Below are positions 39,701 to 52,463 of a DNA stretch of 64,000 nt, in pieces. The stretch is from assembly GCF_001194135.2 (NCBI RefSeq), contig NC_068983.1, positions 43,462,978 through 43,526,977 on the forward strand, given 5' to 3'. A model generated the notes under the pieces. That model did no database searches. It was not told the origin of the DNA and worked only from the letters and a program-made list of their open reading frames with translations. Source of the stretch: Octopus bimaculoides (Eukaryota). Each line of letters begins with the position of its first letter. Position 1 is the first letter of the stretch. The translations under genes and the position numbers were made by a program.

Positions 39701-39834
39701 GTGGTGAATCTCAGGGTGGGGTGGAGGGTATGTGGCAAAACATAAAAAGGTGAGGTGGGGTGGTGTACAGAAAACAGTATAAGAAAACCAAAGTCTTCAT
39801 AGTAAAGTTTATTCCTTTCTCTTCTATTTTCCAG

Positions 39835-40098
39835 AGAGTTTTAAAACCTGTGAATGTGGTCGATCCATTGATGGCAACCAGTGTTGATATGACAGTTAGT
39901 ACTAATAATTTGGATGGAGGCAACCATTCTAATACCAGTGCTGGAGAAACTTTGAGTGGTTCTGTGATACCATCTTCCATTTCCCACCTTGATTTAATCA
40001 ATGGACCAAAATGTTGGAGAGATTCTTGTAATGATGAAAAGAAATATTTCCAACGAGAGATTGATTCATTAAGATCCCAGCTAGATGTTCAAGTACAG
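39835..40098 (+). CDS. BLZF1: Golgin-45 coding exon 2 (RVLKPVNVVDP...EKKYFQREIDSLRSQLDVQVQ)
   Basis: TTTTCCAG acceptor, CAG/GTAAGA donor, 264 nt, phase 0/0; ends in the coiled coil leading into the conserved core. Confidence 0.85.
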
Positions 40099-40326
40099 GT
40101 AAGAAAGAATTTCATTTGCTAATCAGTACTTAAATTCTCTGTAATTAAATTGATATATTTGATGTATGTAAGCACAGGTGTGATTGTGTGGTTAAGAAAT
40201 TTACTTCCCATGCACATGGTTCTTGGTTCATTCTCACTGCATGACATCTTTGACAAGTGTCTTCTGTAAATCTTGGCCGACCAAAGCCTTGTGAGTAAAT
40301 TTGGTAGACAGAAACTGAGTGAGAGA

Positions 40327-40555
40327 AGGTGACGAGCTGGCAGAAACATTAGCACGCTGGGCGAAATGCTTAGTGGTATTTTCACCTGTCGCTACGTTCT
40401 GAGTTCAAATTCCACCGAGGTCGACTTTGCCTTTCATCCTTTCGGGGGCGATAAATTAAGTACCAGTTACACACTGGGGTCGATGTAATCCTTTTGTCTG
40501 TCCTTGTTTGTCCCCTCTATGTTTAGCCCCTTGTGGGCAGGAAAGAAATAAGAAA
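40327..40555 (+). mobile_element. tRNA-derived SINE (GGCGAGCTGGCAGAA...GAGTTCAAATTCC...GCCTTTCATCCTTTCGGGG). Other copies near 3430-3800, 7540-7975, 9358-9505, 13705-13910, 36000-36170, 43900-44030, 54756-54990, 55060-55265, 57530-57830
   Basis: A box TGGCAGAAACATTAG, B box GAGTTCAAATTCC and a shared body in many copies. Confidence 0.8.
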
Positions 40556-41299
40556 CTGAGTGAGAGAAACCAGTCATAAGTGTGTGTTTTCAGTATCATC
40601 ATCATTTAATGTCTGTTTTCCATGCTGGCATGAGTTGGATGGTTTGCCAGGAGCTGACCAGACTCCAGTTGTCTGTTGTGGCATGGTTTTTACAGCTGGA
40701 TGCCTTTCCTAATGCCAACCACTTTACAAAGTGTGCTGCTTGCTTATGTATACTTATGTATATATGTGTGTTTGTGTCTCTTTGTCTCGACACTGTGTGG
40801 TTGTTATAAATGAGTCACACAGTGTCATTAATTTCTAGTAATCTGTGGAAACATGTCTGGTCATGGGGAAATATTCCATTCCACCTTTGCTCTCAAGCAT
40901 ATTGGGCAGCAAGTTGATACCACTGGTTTCTCTTGACTGCAGTTATGAATGTTCTGCATTACATAGCTTTCAGTTTTCTTCTGGACACCAATGGTGTCTG
41001 TTTGAAATTCATAACTGTTGGCAACAGTAAAAAAATCTGCTTCAATAAACAGCCTAACCCCAGTGGAAAAGTGGATGTTAAAACAATGAGGATGATGATG
41101 ATGATGAGGAGGAGGATGGCAGCAGTGATGATGATCCTAGTTCTTAATTGCAATCAGTATATTGACACAAACTTAACTAGTGCTGGTGATGGTACCATGT
41201 AAAAAGCACCAATTTCACTCTGTAAAGTGGTTGATGTTGGGAAGGGCATCCAGTTGTAAAAACCATGTGGAAACCGACTATGGAACCTGGTATAGCCCC

Positions 41300-41545
41300 T
41301 GGCCTTGCCAGCCCTTAGCCTTGCTAGCTCCTGGCTCTGCCAGCTCCTGGCTTTGCCAGCTCCTGGCTTTGCCAGCTCCTTGCCTCGCCAGCCCTTTCCC
41401 TCGCCAGCCCTTTCCCTCGCCAGTCCTTGGCCTCGACAGCTCCTGGCCTCACCACCCCTTGGCCTCGCCAGCTCCTGGCTTTAGCAGCTCCTGGCCTCGC
41501 CAGCCCTTGACCTTGCCAGCCCTTGGCCTTGCCAACTCCTGGCCT
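41300..41545. repeat. GC-rich minisatellite with ~15-16-bp unit (TGGCCTTGCCAGCTCC) expanded inside a (GAT)n-tailed retroelement copy
   Basis: About 15 imperfect tandem units between the conserved 5' and 3' parts of the element. Confidence 0.65.
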
Positions 41546-42079
41546 TACCAGTTCCTGTCTAACCATCCAACCCACACTAGCATGGAAGTAGACATTAAGT
41601 TTTGAGACCATGGCTGCCAAAGTCAATAAAGCACCATCTTGCTGCTAGCTGACTTCTTGCAGTTGTACTTAATCCATCTAACAGATAATCCATGGTGTGT
41701 GTTACTTAACTAACCATAATTAAATCACTTCCCAATCACATGGTTTTAAGTTCAGTCCTCACTCCTACATCTTGGGCAAGTGTCTTTTACTGTAGCCGCT
41801 AGCTGACCAAAGCCTTGTGTGTGAATTTGGTCGATGGAAACTAAATGAAGCCCATCAGTATATGTCATCATCATCGTTTTAACATCCACTTTTCCATGCT
41901 TGCATGGGTCAGACGATTGTTGTTCAGGAAGCATGCAATTTTTGAAGAATGCATTGTCATGACAGCTAACAACTGATGTGGTTAGTTTATTCTATCTTGC
42001 ATGACCGCTTTTCCAGATATTTTTAATTAAACTTACAACATTGCACAGTTGTATTTCATTTCTATAATTTTATTGTCAG

Positions 42080-42156
42080 GTGAATAGTGAATTAAAGAAA
42101 TTGCTGGTTGCCTCCCTTGGTGAAGATTTACAATATCGAGTGGAGAAGCTGCTGAG
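42080..42156 (+). CDS. BLZF1: Golgin-45 coding exon 3 (VNSELKKLLVASLGEDLQYRVEKLL)
   Basis: Matches human VNRELKKLLVASVGDDLQYHFERL; TCAG/GTAGGT; 77 nt, phase 0/2. Confidence 0.93.
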
Positions 42157-42279
42157 GTAGGTTTTTTTCTTTCTTCATTTTATTTACTTTTAATGCTGAT
42201 CGATATTTTGAGTCATCTGTCTGTATAGTAGAACTCTATTCAAATTTGTCATCCTAATAAATATACAGATTCCTATTTA

Positions 42280-42850
42280 AAGCCCATTACCCCTATCTTG
42301 CTCAGGACATTGACCTCCTGGAAACTGTTCAGAGACATGCAACCAAGCAAATACCCTCCATCAGAAATCTACCATACTCTGAACGCCTTGCTTCCCTGGG
42401 CATAGATACATTGAAGCTCCGACGTCTATCAACTAACTTGGTAAACACCCACAAAATTATTAACCACCTCGAGCACCTTTTTGAGCTCCATGTGTCTAAC
42501 ACATGTGGGCATGCCTACAAAGTCAGAAAACAGCACAGCTCCCATGACTTTCAGAAACATTTTTTTACACTCAGAGTTGCTGAAGCATGGAACAAACTAC
42601 CTGCATCAGATGTTAATTGCTGAGACATTGCATCCTTTAAAACCTCCATGCTTCCTGAAATTCGCCAACACTACACCTGATATCCCCCCCACGCCATACG
42701 TATGTACACATGTATATCATGACTCATACACTGTTCACTTTCCTGACTTTTGTACATAATTCTATGTACTGTACATGCACTTTTGAGGAGTTGTAGTGCA
42801 CCTGAGCACTGTACACAATAATCTCATTATTATTATTATTATTATTATTA
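42280..42850 (+). mobile_element. 5'-truncated CR1/L2-group LINE 3' end with (ATT)n tail; second partial 3'UTR copy at ~43236-43330
   Basis: YLAQDIDLLETVQRHATKQIPSIRNLPYSERLASLGIDTLKLRR...FFTLRVAEAWNKLP, the typical ORF2 C-terminus. Confidence 0.8.
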
Positions 42851-44101
42851 TTCCCTTTCTCTCTTTCGGAGAGGCACAAGCACATACACAGACATATACA
42901 CACATGGCAGTAACTTCCGCCTACCAAATTCAATCACAAAGCTTCGGTCAGCCTGGGGCTATAGCAGAAGACACTTGCCCAAGGTGCCACACGGTGGGAC
43001 TGAACCCGAAACCATGTAGCTGGGAAGCAAGCTTCCATTATTATTATTTATTATTATTATACACACACACACATATGCAAATGAGTAGAATGAGATCTGG
43101 ATTCAGAGAGCTCAGAGCACCTTTTGTGGCCTTGGCTATCAAGTCCACATACTAATCAAGTACAAATTAATATAATGTTAACCTATGGAAGTCAGGTGGA
43201 GAAGACTCATTAAGCCAGATGAAGCCGTAGTTACTTTCCTGACTTTTGTGCATAATTCTGTGTACTGTACATGCACCTTTGATGAGTTGTAGTGCTCCTG
43301 AGCACTATACACAGTTATTTTGTTATTATTATACTCTTATAAATAGATGACCCCCTTGTACAAAATAAACAACCTCTACTATGAATAGCTAAAATCATCA
43401 TTTAACATCCACGTTCCATGCTGGCATAGGTTGGACGGTTTGACAGGATGTGATGGGTCCAAGGGACTGTATTGTGCTCCAGTCTCCTCGTTGGCATGGT
43501 TTCCACCCTTCCCAATGTCGACCACTTTACAGTGTCTTATCTGGGTTGTTTCATTGGACCATTGGTACCATTGAGGTCACCATGCAGCTTACAAGCCTAC
43601 AAAACACAAGGCCCGATGGACTCAATGCTATCAGTTGACAGTTAAGGAGAAAGGGTGGGACACAACAGGTTCTTGTTATAGGTGAGTTACATGGCTGCTT
43701 ACATTTAGAAGAGAGAGTGAGGAAGGAATCATTAGTAGCTGCAAAGCGATAAATATTGGTGATGAAGTGTCCAGGTGGCACTTCAAAGTATGAGCTAATA
43801 TTCGTCAGCCATTAACAAGAATTGAAAGTCAACTTTATCATTTACAAAGATAAAATATCTTCATTTGACTTGATGGTCTTAGTAGTTTTTAAAGAAAAAT
43901 TCTTTTTGAGAAGGTACTCTGAGATGAAAGGCAAAGCTGATCTCGGTGGAATTTGAACTCAGAATGTAGAGACAGGCGAAATACGTCTAAGCATTTTATC
44001 CAGTGCCCTAACAATTTTGTCAGTTCGCTGTTGCCTTAATGATGATAATAATAAAGGATAAATTTATCCAATTATATTTGTTTGTCTTCATGTTTTTACA
44101 G

Positions 44102-44224
44102 GGATAAAGCTCAATTATCTTTGGAAGTCGGTGGTTATACAAAGAAAGTTTCAGAAGATTATGAAAACCTTGACCGATTGTCCATTCAAGCTGACATTTG
44201 GAGAAGCAAATTTATGGCCAGCAG
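44102..44224 (+). CDS. BLZF1: Golgin-45 coding exon 4 (DKAQLSLEVGGYTKKVSEDYENLDRLSIQADIWRSKFMAS)
   Basis: Matches human ...LERMSIQCDVWRSKFLAS; TACAG/GTAAAT; 123 nt, phase 2/2. Confidence 0.93.
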
Positions 44225-45918
44225 GTAAATTACTTCCACAATAAATTCTTATTAACCCTTTCGATACCAACCCAGCTGAAACCGTCTTGTTTCCATAAAT
44301 TTTGAATTAAAATCTTCCACCAAACCATAGTCACAATTTATGTTCCTAACATTAGCTTAATGATAACCAAGTTATTTTACTAAATTTTTTGTTATATTTA
44401 AAATTAATTGAAAGAAACACAGAGCATCTCAAAATAGATATGGTAACAAAAGGGTTAAAATATATAATAGCAAAACCAATTCTTAACCCTTTTGATACTA
44501 ACTCGGCTGAAACCACCTCTGGCTCTGTAGTACAAATGACTTGTTTTCAAAAGTTCTGAATTAAAATCTTCTACCAAACCTTATCCACAATATATGTTCC
44601 TCACACTAGCTTAATGATGACTAAGTTATTTTACTAAATTCTTTGTTATATCTAACGTAATTGAAAGAAACACAGACCATCTCAAAATAAATGCAGTAAT
44701 GAAAGGGTTAAAATTTTGAAAATATAAATGTAACATTTAAAAGTATTTACTTGGCTGATTAGTATAATGAGTGTGGATGGGAGGAGTATAGGATTCATAA
44801 TACTTAATCTTTGGCAGCTATTGGCAGTGATATCACATGTTTGGTAGCTATTAGTGATGTTAGTTGACAATTTTCTGTTAACAGTTCATCCAACAAGAAA
44901 AAAAAATGAAAGAGCTGGAATATGAAAATTCTTACTTTTATTATATACGAGGTCTGTTCAAAAAGTATTAGGACTGGTGCTAAAAAAAAAAAAAAAAAAG
45001 AGATCTACAACACATCAATCCAGCATTTAATCTCCTTCGAATTAGTCCCTTTCTAAAGCCGCACACTATATCCAGTGTTGTTTCCATGGATGGAAGCATT
45101 CGTGGAACTTCTCTTTTGGGATAGCAGGCTTCTGCCTCATTTCATTCTCTTGGATTTCCTCAAAATCTTGAAATCTTGTTGGAGTCTTCCACTGCAAAGA
45201 CCCACACTTTGTCACTAGCCATAGACCCATGCTTTCTCTTCTGTTGTGGCTGTTTTCAAAATGTCTTTCTTTCTCGGCACAATCCAGAAGATCCTGTGCA
45301 GCTGCAACTTGATCTACACTTGACAAACTTTACTTCCAAGCACTACTATAAACAGTGAAAGTGAGCAAGAATGTTACAGCTTAGTGTGCATGTGAGACAG
45401 AGTTCAAGGCGTACCTGTACCAAGCAGCTTCATTCAGTGTACTTTAGCTCTGTTACCATAGCAACAATCCTGATATTTTTTAATCAGATCTTGTATTTAT
45501 ATACATATATATGTATGTGAATGTTTTTTTCTCACTTCACATTAAATCTGTTGAGCTAACAAAGCTAGTTTATTGACATGCTCTGCCAACAAAATCGTTA
45601 TCTAGTTCTGTGCTTTTGAAGGTATTTGGATTTTTTTAAAAATCTAATCTCTTGCTTGAAAAACAGGTAAATGTGAGCAACAAGAAGGGTATATTTCCAG
45701 TTAAATAAACAGAATAAAAAATTATACTCAGTTTAGTGTGATTTTTCTGAACTGAACACATATCACATAAAAAATTGTTTCTTGTTGATTATTCAGTAAC
45801 TACATCACAATCACTATAAAACCACATTACTCTAGCGTTCCACTTCTAAACACCATATTATTGTACTGTTTTGAAATATAGATGCCATATAAAATACTTT
45901 TGTATTTTCTCCTATTAG

Positions 45919-46047
45919 AGTTCTAATTGATGAACTGGCCAAAGGAAGAGGATTGTTATCTTCCCAATATCAAGAATCTCAAGATGCCATTCAAAGGTTG
46001 TTAAACGAACGACATGAATTACAGTCTCACCTCATGGAATCTTACAA
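45919..46047 (+). CDS. BLZF1: Golgin-45 coding exon 5 (VLIDELAKGRGLLSSQYQESQDAIQRLLNERHELQSHLMESY)
   Basis: Matches human VMADELTNSRAALQRQNRDAHGAIQDLLSERE; TTAG/GTAAGT; 129 nt, phase 2/2. Confidence 0.92.
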
Positions 46048-46756
46048 GTAAGTCAAAAAAACATTTATTAATTTTATCTAAGGCCTCAGCCAGTCCACTT
46101 AGGCGAACCTTCCTTCATTGGACACGAAACTCAGTTTGCAAAGACTTATTGGGGCAAGCGAAAGCGAAATCGGGATGGCACCTGTGCCCAGCGTCCCCTT
46201 TCTGGCACTTGTGCCCACAGCATGTGTAAGGACTTTCGAGAGAGATCGTTGCCAGTGCCCCTGGACTGGCTCTTGTGTGGGTGGCACATAAAATACACCA
46301 TTTTGAGCGTGGCCATTGCCAGTACTGCCTGACTGGTCTTCGTGCCGGTGGCGCATAAAAAGCACCCACTACACTCTCTGAGTGGCTGGTGTTAGGAAGA
46401 GCATCCAGCTGTAGAAACTCTGCCAAATCAGATTGGAGCCTGGTGTCGCCTCCTGGTTTGCCAGTCTTCAGTCAAATCGTCCAACCCATGCTAGCATGGA
46501 AAGCGGACGTTAAATGATGATGTTTTAAACTGGAAAAGTCAAATGGCTACATGGATTAAGTTGTTAGACTGGTATTATATTAGTCAAGGGTTCAAATTAC
46601 TTGCAAATATTTCATTGTGCTTTTAAACTAAATTTTGATTAAAGTGTTAAATTTGTGATTTAGGTAGAACTAGAGAAAGCTAAATCATAGATAATCCTTT
46701 TGTAACCAACTTGTCAGAGATTACTTTTGATTTTCGGGTACAAGCTTCTTATTTTA

Positions 46757-47392
46757 ACCCTTTAGCATTCTGATTATTCTACCAAATCTAATACTTATTT
46801 ATTCGCAGATACAGAAGTAATTTATTCTCAAACGCATGATAATGCTAATACAATAGCATGAACAGAATAAACTATCCATATATTGCAGAAAAATTTGTTA
46901 GTAGCCATGAGAATAAATTATTTCCATATCTTTCAATACATCTCAATGCTTCTAAAGCAAACTTTGTTTGTTTACTTTCATCGTAAGTTGAATTTATTTA
47001 TTCAGGCCGTTGCCAGTACTGCCTGACTGGCCTTCGTGCTGGTGGCACGTAAAAGCACCCACTACACTCTCGGAGTGGTTGGCATTAGGAAGGGCATCCA
47101 GCTGTAGAAACTCTGCCAAATCAGATTGGAGCCTGGTGTAGCCATCTGGTTCACCAGTCCTCAGTCAAATCATCCAACTCATGCTAGCATGGAAAGCGGA
47201 TGTTAAACGATGATGATGATTTCAAATTAATCATGCATTATCTCATAGCTTTGAGATTTTGATGATATAATTGTTTATTTTTAGAATGATGTTATAGGGT
47301 TGGTGTGAGAGTCTGTATCTGGATGGTTTGAGCATAAAAACAGGTAGAATATTTGGGCCAGATATGGCCAGTTTAAATGCTAGAGGGTTAAA
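46757..47392 (+). mobile_element. Second TTAA-bounded MITE family, interrupted by insertions; related copy at 9603-9827
   Basis: TTAACCCTTTAGCATT...AATGCTAGAGGGTTAA termini. Confidence 0.55.
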
Positions 47393-48109
47393 GTCATATA
47401 GATTCAAATGGCACTTTGAAATTTCATGTTAAAGTTTATTGCAAAATTCAGCTCAATAATGAGAAATTATTTCACTAAATCTTTCCTTGTTTTCAAAATT
47501 AAATGAAATATAGAGTGTGTATTTCAATAGAAATATATATTAACAAAAGGATTCAAGATCACAGCCATAGCCTATACCAGTGTCACATAACCAGCCCGTT
47601 TAAAAAGTACCTTTGAATTGTCAGGCGACATGCCGTGCTTGAGGAGACCTATTGAGTCAAGTAAAATCAAAATCAAAAATCAAATCATAATCAAATGGGA
47701 ATGGTGGTTGTGGCCATGCCAGTGCCACCTGACTGGCTCCCGTGCTGGTGGCATGCAATAAGCACCATTCATGCGTGGGTTGTTGCCAGTGCTGCTTGAC
47801 TGGCTCCCATGCCAGTGGCACGTAAAAAGCACCCACTACACTTTTGTAGTGGTTGGCGTTAAGCAGGGCATCCAGCTGTAGAAACCTTGCCAGATCAGAT
47901 TGGAGCTGGGTGCAGGCTACTGGTTTGCCAGTCCTCAGACAAGCCATCCAACCAATGCCAGTGTGGAAAACGGACGTTAAATGATGATGATGATGATTCA
48001 TAGGGTTAGAATATTCAACCCAAGCAAGCATGAAAATGTAGTTTTCAAAATGATGATGAGGAGGAGGAGGACGTACAGTTCTTTTATCTTTAATTCTTGA
48101 ATATTTCAG

Positions 48110-48347
48110 ATTTTTGAAGCAAGTCAATGAGGCATTTGATCCACTGAATTCTCAGAATCTCTTCTCATTACCAAACACTTCCAACATTTTAGAATTAGTT
48201 AAACTCATACAACAGCTCTCTGAAGCCATCCGTTTTCGTCTTCTGCCCGGGAGGGTCTCTTTACCAAGTTCTACATCACCCCTTCAGTCCGGAAGCAATT
48301 TTGCTGCTCAGAATGCATTAACTCCAGCCGAAGCTCAAGCACAAGAG
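48110..48347 (+). CDS. BLZF1: Golgin-45 coding exon 6 (FLKQVNEAFDPL...ALTPAEAQAQE)
   Basis: TTTCAG/GTGAGC; 238 nt, phase 2/0; TPAEAQA matches human TPAEKMA. Confidence 0.85.
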
Positions 48348-48563
48348 GTGAGCAGTCTTTCTATTTATTACCTTTCATTTCTACAGATAATATTTCCTTT
48401 TTATTGCTATTGTTATTATTTAATATCTCTGTTCTGCTTGGCTCAGGTAGACCCAAGGTGGGTGTCAGTTGAACACTTCACAAAGACTCAAAGGTCTCCA
48501 TGTGATTATTGATGTTGTTTAGTCTTAGATTAATCCTGATTGAACAAACCTAGGTCTACTAGT

Positions 48564-48714
48564 TTACTTGTAAGATTCCATGAGGTGAGACTGTAATTCA
48601 TGCTGCTTGTTTAACAACCTTTGAATGGCATCTTGAGATTCTTGATATTGGGAAGATTACAATCCTTTTCCTTTGGCTAGTTCATCAGTTAGAACTCTAA
48701 TAGGAGAAAATACA
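48564..48714 (-). pseudogene. Inverted duplicate of golgin-45 exon 5 including both splice junctions
   Basis: Reverse complement aligns gap-free to 45901-46051 with 8 differences in 151 nt. Confidence 0.92.
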
Positions 48715-50552
48715 TAAAAACATTATCGTCATCATTATTTAGCCCTTTTGATACCAACTCGGCTGAAACCGGCTCTGGTTCTGTAATACAAATGCCTTGT
48801 TTTCATAAGTTTTGAATTAAAATCTTCCACCAAACCTTAGTCACAATTTATGTTCCTAACACTAGCTAAATGATAACTAAGTTATTTTACTAAATTCTTT
48901 GTTATATTTAAAATTAATTGAAAGAAACTCAGAGCATCTCAAAATAAATACAGTAACGAAAGGATTAATATCCATTTTCCATGCTGGCATGGGTTGGATG
49001 GTTTGACTGAGGACTGGCAAGCCAGTAGGCTGCACCCAGCACCAATCTGATCTGGCAAGGTTTCTACAGCTGGATGCCCTTCCTAACACCAACCGTTCTG
49101 AGAATGTAGTGGGTACTTTATACATGCCACAGGCATTGGAGCCAGTCAGACAGCACTGGCATTGACCAGATTCAAATGGTGCTTTTAATGTGCCACTGGC
49201 ATGAGAGCCAGTCATGGGTACTGGTATCAACTATGTTCAGATGGTGCTTTTTACATGCTACTGGCACAGGGAGCCAGTCAGGCAGCACTGCAGAGTATTT
49301 TATGCAGTATCTAGATTTCAAAACAGTACAATAACATGGTGTTTAGAAGTGGAACACTAGAGTAATGTGGTTTTATAGTGATTGTGATGTAGTTACTGAA
49401 TAATCGACAATGAACTATTTTTATGTCTGATTTGGGAACACTCTGTACTTTATACATGCCACCATCACCAGCTGGGTCACCAAGTAACGTGCAAGATGAA
49501 GACCTCTTAGTCAGCAGGGGGAATGGAACCACAGGAAGTGGCTTTGTGCCAGGTAAGAGATTAGGATATAATAGAGGGATAGAGATGGGAACAAAAGGAT
49601 TAAAAAGAGAAAAGTATGTTAATAGAATTTGAATGAAGTTGAAGAACACAAAGCTTCCTGAAGTTGATTTCATAAGGTTTTTTTGAGAATGAAAATATGT
49701 TGTAGAGAGAAATAGTTATTGAAATGAAATGAACATGAACAGCAACAAATAGAGACTGAATACTGGAGATGAAGAGAAGATCAGGAAGAGTGGGTGGGTG
49801 AGTTCATAAGAGTGAGAGGATAGTGGCAGGTAATTTAGAGAGAGATGGACACAGAAGTGAATATGATGAATGATGTACAAGGGTGAAGATGTGGTCAATG
49901 GTAAATATCGGTAAAAGGGAGAAGTCAAAAGAGGTAGCTCAGGAAGGAGGAGGTGGTAAGTGGAAGTACAAGAAGGATGGAGAATAGTTGTATCATAAAC
50001 TTGTACATATAAGTGCAAGAGTGGCTGTGTGGTAAGTAGCTTGCTTACCAACCACATGGTTCTGCGTTCAGTCCCACTGCGTGGTACCTTGGGCAAGTGT
50101 CTTCTACTATAGCCTCGGACCGACAAAAGCCTAACACGAGCTTAATGATAACTAAGATATTTTCCTAAATTCTTTGTTATATTTAAAGTAACTGAAAGAA
50201 ACACAGAGCATTTCAAAATAATTACTGTAACGAAAGGTTAAGCAAGAGAACAGCATATGCAAAGGTTTTCAGTTTTTATCAATTGTCTTGAGCCTCGAGT
50301 TCAGTGCCTTGAGATAAACAGCATGTTTGGTACAGCATCACACTTCTCTGTTGCTTGTACAGTACGATTCCAATCACAAGTTCCTTTCTGGCTGTTGAAC
50401 TTATTTCCATTTATTGTAATGTAGGTGCAGGAGTGGCTATTTGGTTAAAAAGTTCATTTTGCAACCATGATTTGAAGTGCAGTCTCAATGCATGACTGGT
50501 GTTTTCTACTTTAGCCATAGGAAGCCTATTGTGTGTGTGTGTGTATATATGT

Positions 50553-50586
<34 letters not shown>

Positions 50587-52226
50587 ATATATATATATAC
50601 ATATATATACACACACACACACACACATATCCTTTTATTTGTCTTAGTCATTTGATTGTGGCCATGCTGGAGCACCGCCTTTAGTCAAACACATCGACCC
50701 CAAGACTTATTCTTTGTGAGCCTAATACTTCTTCTATCAGTCTCTTTTGCCGAACCGCTAAGTTACGGGGACACAAACACACCAGCATCAGTTGTCAAGC
50801 GATGGTGGGGACGCAAACCCAGAAACACATATTTATGTCCCCTGTAACTTAGCAGTTCAGCATAAGACCAATAGAATAAGTACTAGGCTTACAAAAGAAT
50901 AAGTACTGGGGTCGATTTGCTCAACTAAAGGCGGTGCTCCAGCATGGCCGCAGTCAAACGACTGAAACATATAAGAGAATAACTTATAGACACACACGCA
51001 CACACACACTATTGGGTTCTTTCAGTTTCTGTCTACTAAATCCACTCACGTGGCTTTGATTGGCTGGGGACCAAAGATTCCACATAGTAGAACTGAACCA
51101 ATGACCATTTGGTTTGAAAGCAAACTTAACCACACAGCCACTCCTGCAAGTGTTTGGTTAAAAAATTCCCCCTACAACTTATGTAATTGTAGGTTCAGTC
51201 CCATTGCATGATACCTTGGTTACTTCACTGTTTAAATGCTACCTTAGTTACAGTACATCCTTTGCAGTCTCAAACCAAAGGCGGAACCACTATGCAGTCG
51301 CTCAAACAGTTAGAAATAGCAGTCAAATAACTCTGAAAATACACCTTGAAAGGACAAATTAAATAATGTATAGTCTGAGATACTCCTAAAAAAAATAGCT
51401 AAGATGGTCAAAGCTAGAACGTCTTTTGTTATAGGGCTGCTCAATCAGTTCTGACCTAGGGCTAAACAACAATCTGTATTGTCTTTTGATTTAATTTTTT
51501 AATTAAGAATGTTATTCAGAACCTAATTCATTCTCTAATATCTGAAAATTTATCATGCTGTCTTTAAATGTTTGTTAATATTTCGTCATCATCATCATCA
51601 TCATTAGTAATCGTCATCAACGGTTTAAGATTTTTCCCTACATTTAATGTGTTTGGTGAATGTGGAGGAGCAGGGGGTATGGGGGATTATCCAATGTTAA
51701 TTAAAATTGCATCTGCGTTGAAGAAAGAAAATTTCATTAGCTACACAATCAAGACTAGTCATAAAGACACGGGAGACAACTCTGAAATTTTATTCATTCC
51801 AGAGTTACTTCCCTTGCCTTAGAATTAATCATTAAACTAATGTCTTTTCTATCCTCCCTAAGATTCAAATTTAAATTTCATTACTGACTACATTAACTAA
51901 ATTAGAACTCATTTTATTACCAAGTATTTTCCATGCAGAAGGTATCCATGGGTATTCCACCGCCCCCAGTCATTTCTCCGTTTGTTTATGTTTTTTTTTA
52001 ACATCTACTTTTCTATGCTAGCATGGGTTAGATATGGCATTGTGGCATTGTTCGCTGCTGGACGCCCTTCCTATCGCTAACCCATACCTGTTTCTCATGT
52101 AAAGGGTTTCTTATTCCACACATCTTCAAAAGTGCAAAGCCAGGAAGTGGTTCGTTGACAGGGGAAATGACAACATCACCACCACCACTTGTAGCTCAGC
52201 AATTTCAATGAAATGTGAATGTAAAC

Positions 52227-52463
52227 CAGTGTTGCTCAACCGTTATTTTACCCATGAACCCCTCCGATTCCTATTCTACTCAGGGGTACCCCCATAGCCA
52301 TCCGATGTTTAGAAAACCCTATTATATTTTTAGTATTAAATATTATTGGGAAATGAATAAAGAAAATTAAAATGTTATAACCAATTTATTTTGCATAAAT
52401 TTTAACAACAAAATCTTATAATGGACTCTCAAGGGTCTTGTAGACTCCAGTTGAGAACCCCTG
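52227..52463. mobile_element. hAT (Buster/Charlie-type) MITE with intact 8-bp TSD. Related copies 56320-56543 and ~33128-33757 (the latter split by a SINE)
   Basis: TIRs CAGTGTTGCTCAAC / GTTGAGAACCCCTG; ATGTAAAC duplicated at 52219-52226 and 52464-52471 (nnnTAnnn). Confidence 0.85.

Noticed and set aside
49423-49632. ORF with an exon-like CAG/GTAAGA donor at ~49552
   Set aside because: No suitable phase-0 acceptor and no golgin-45 similarity.
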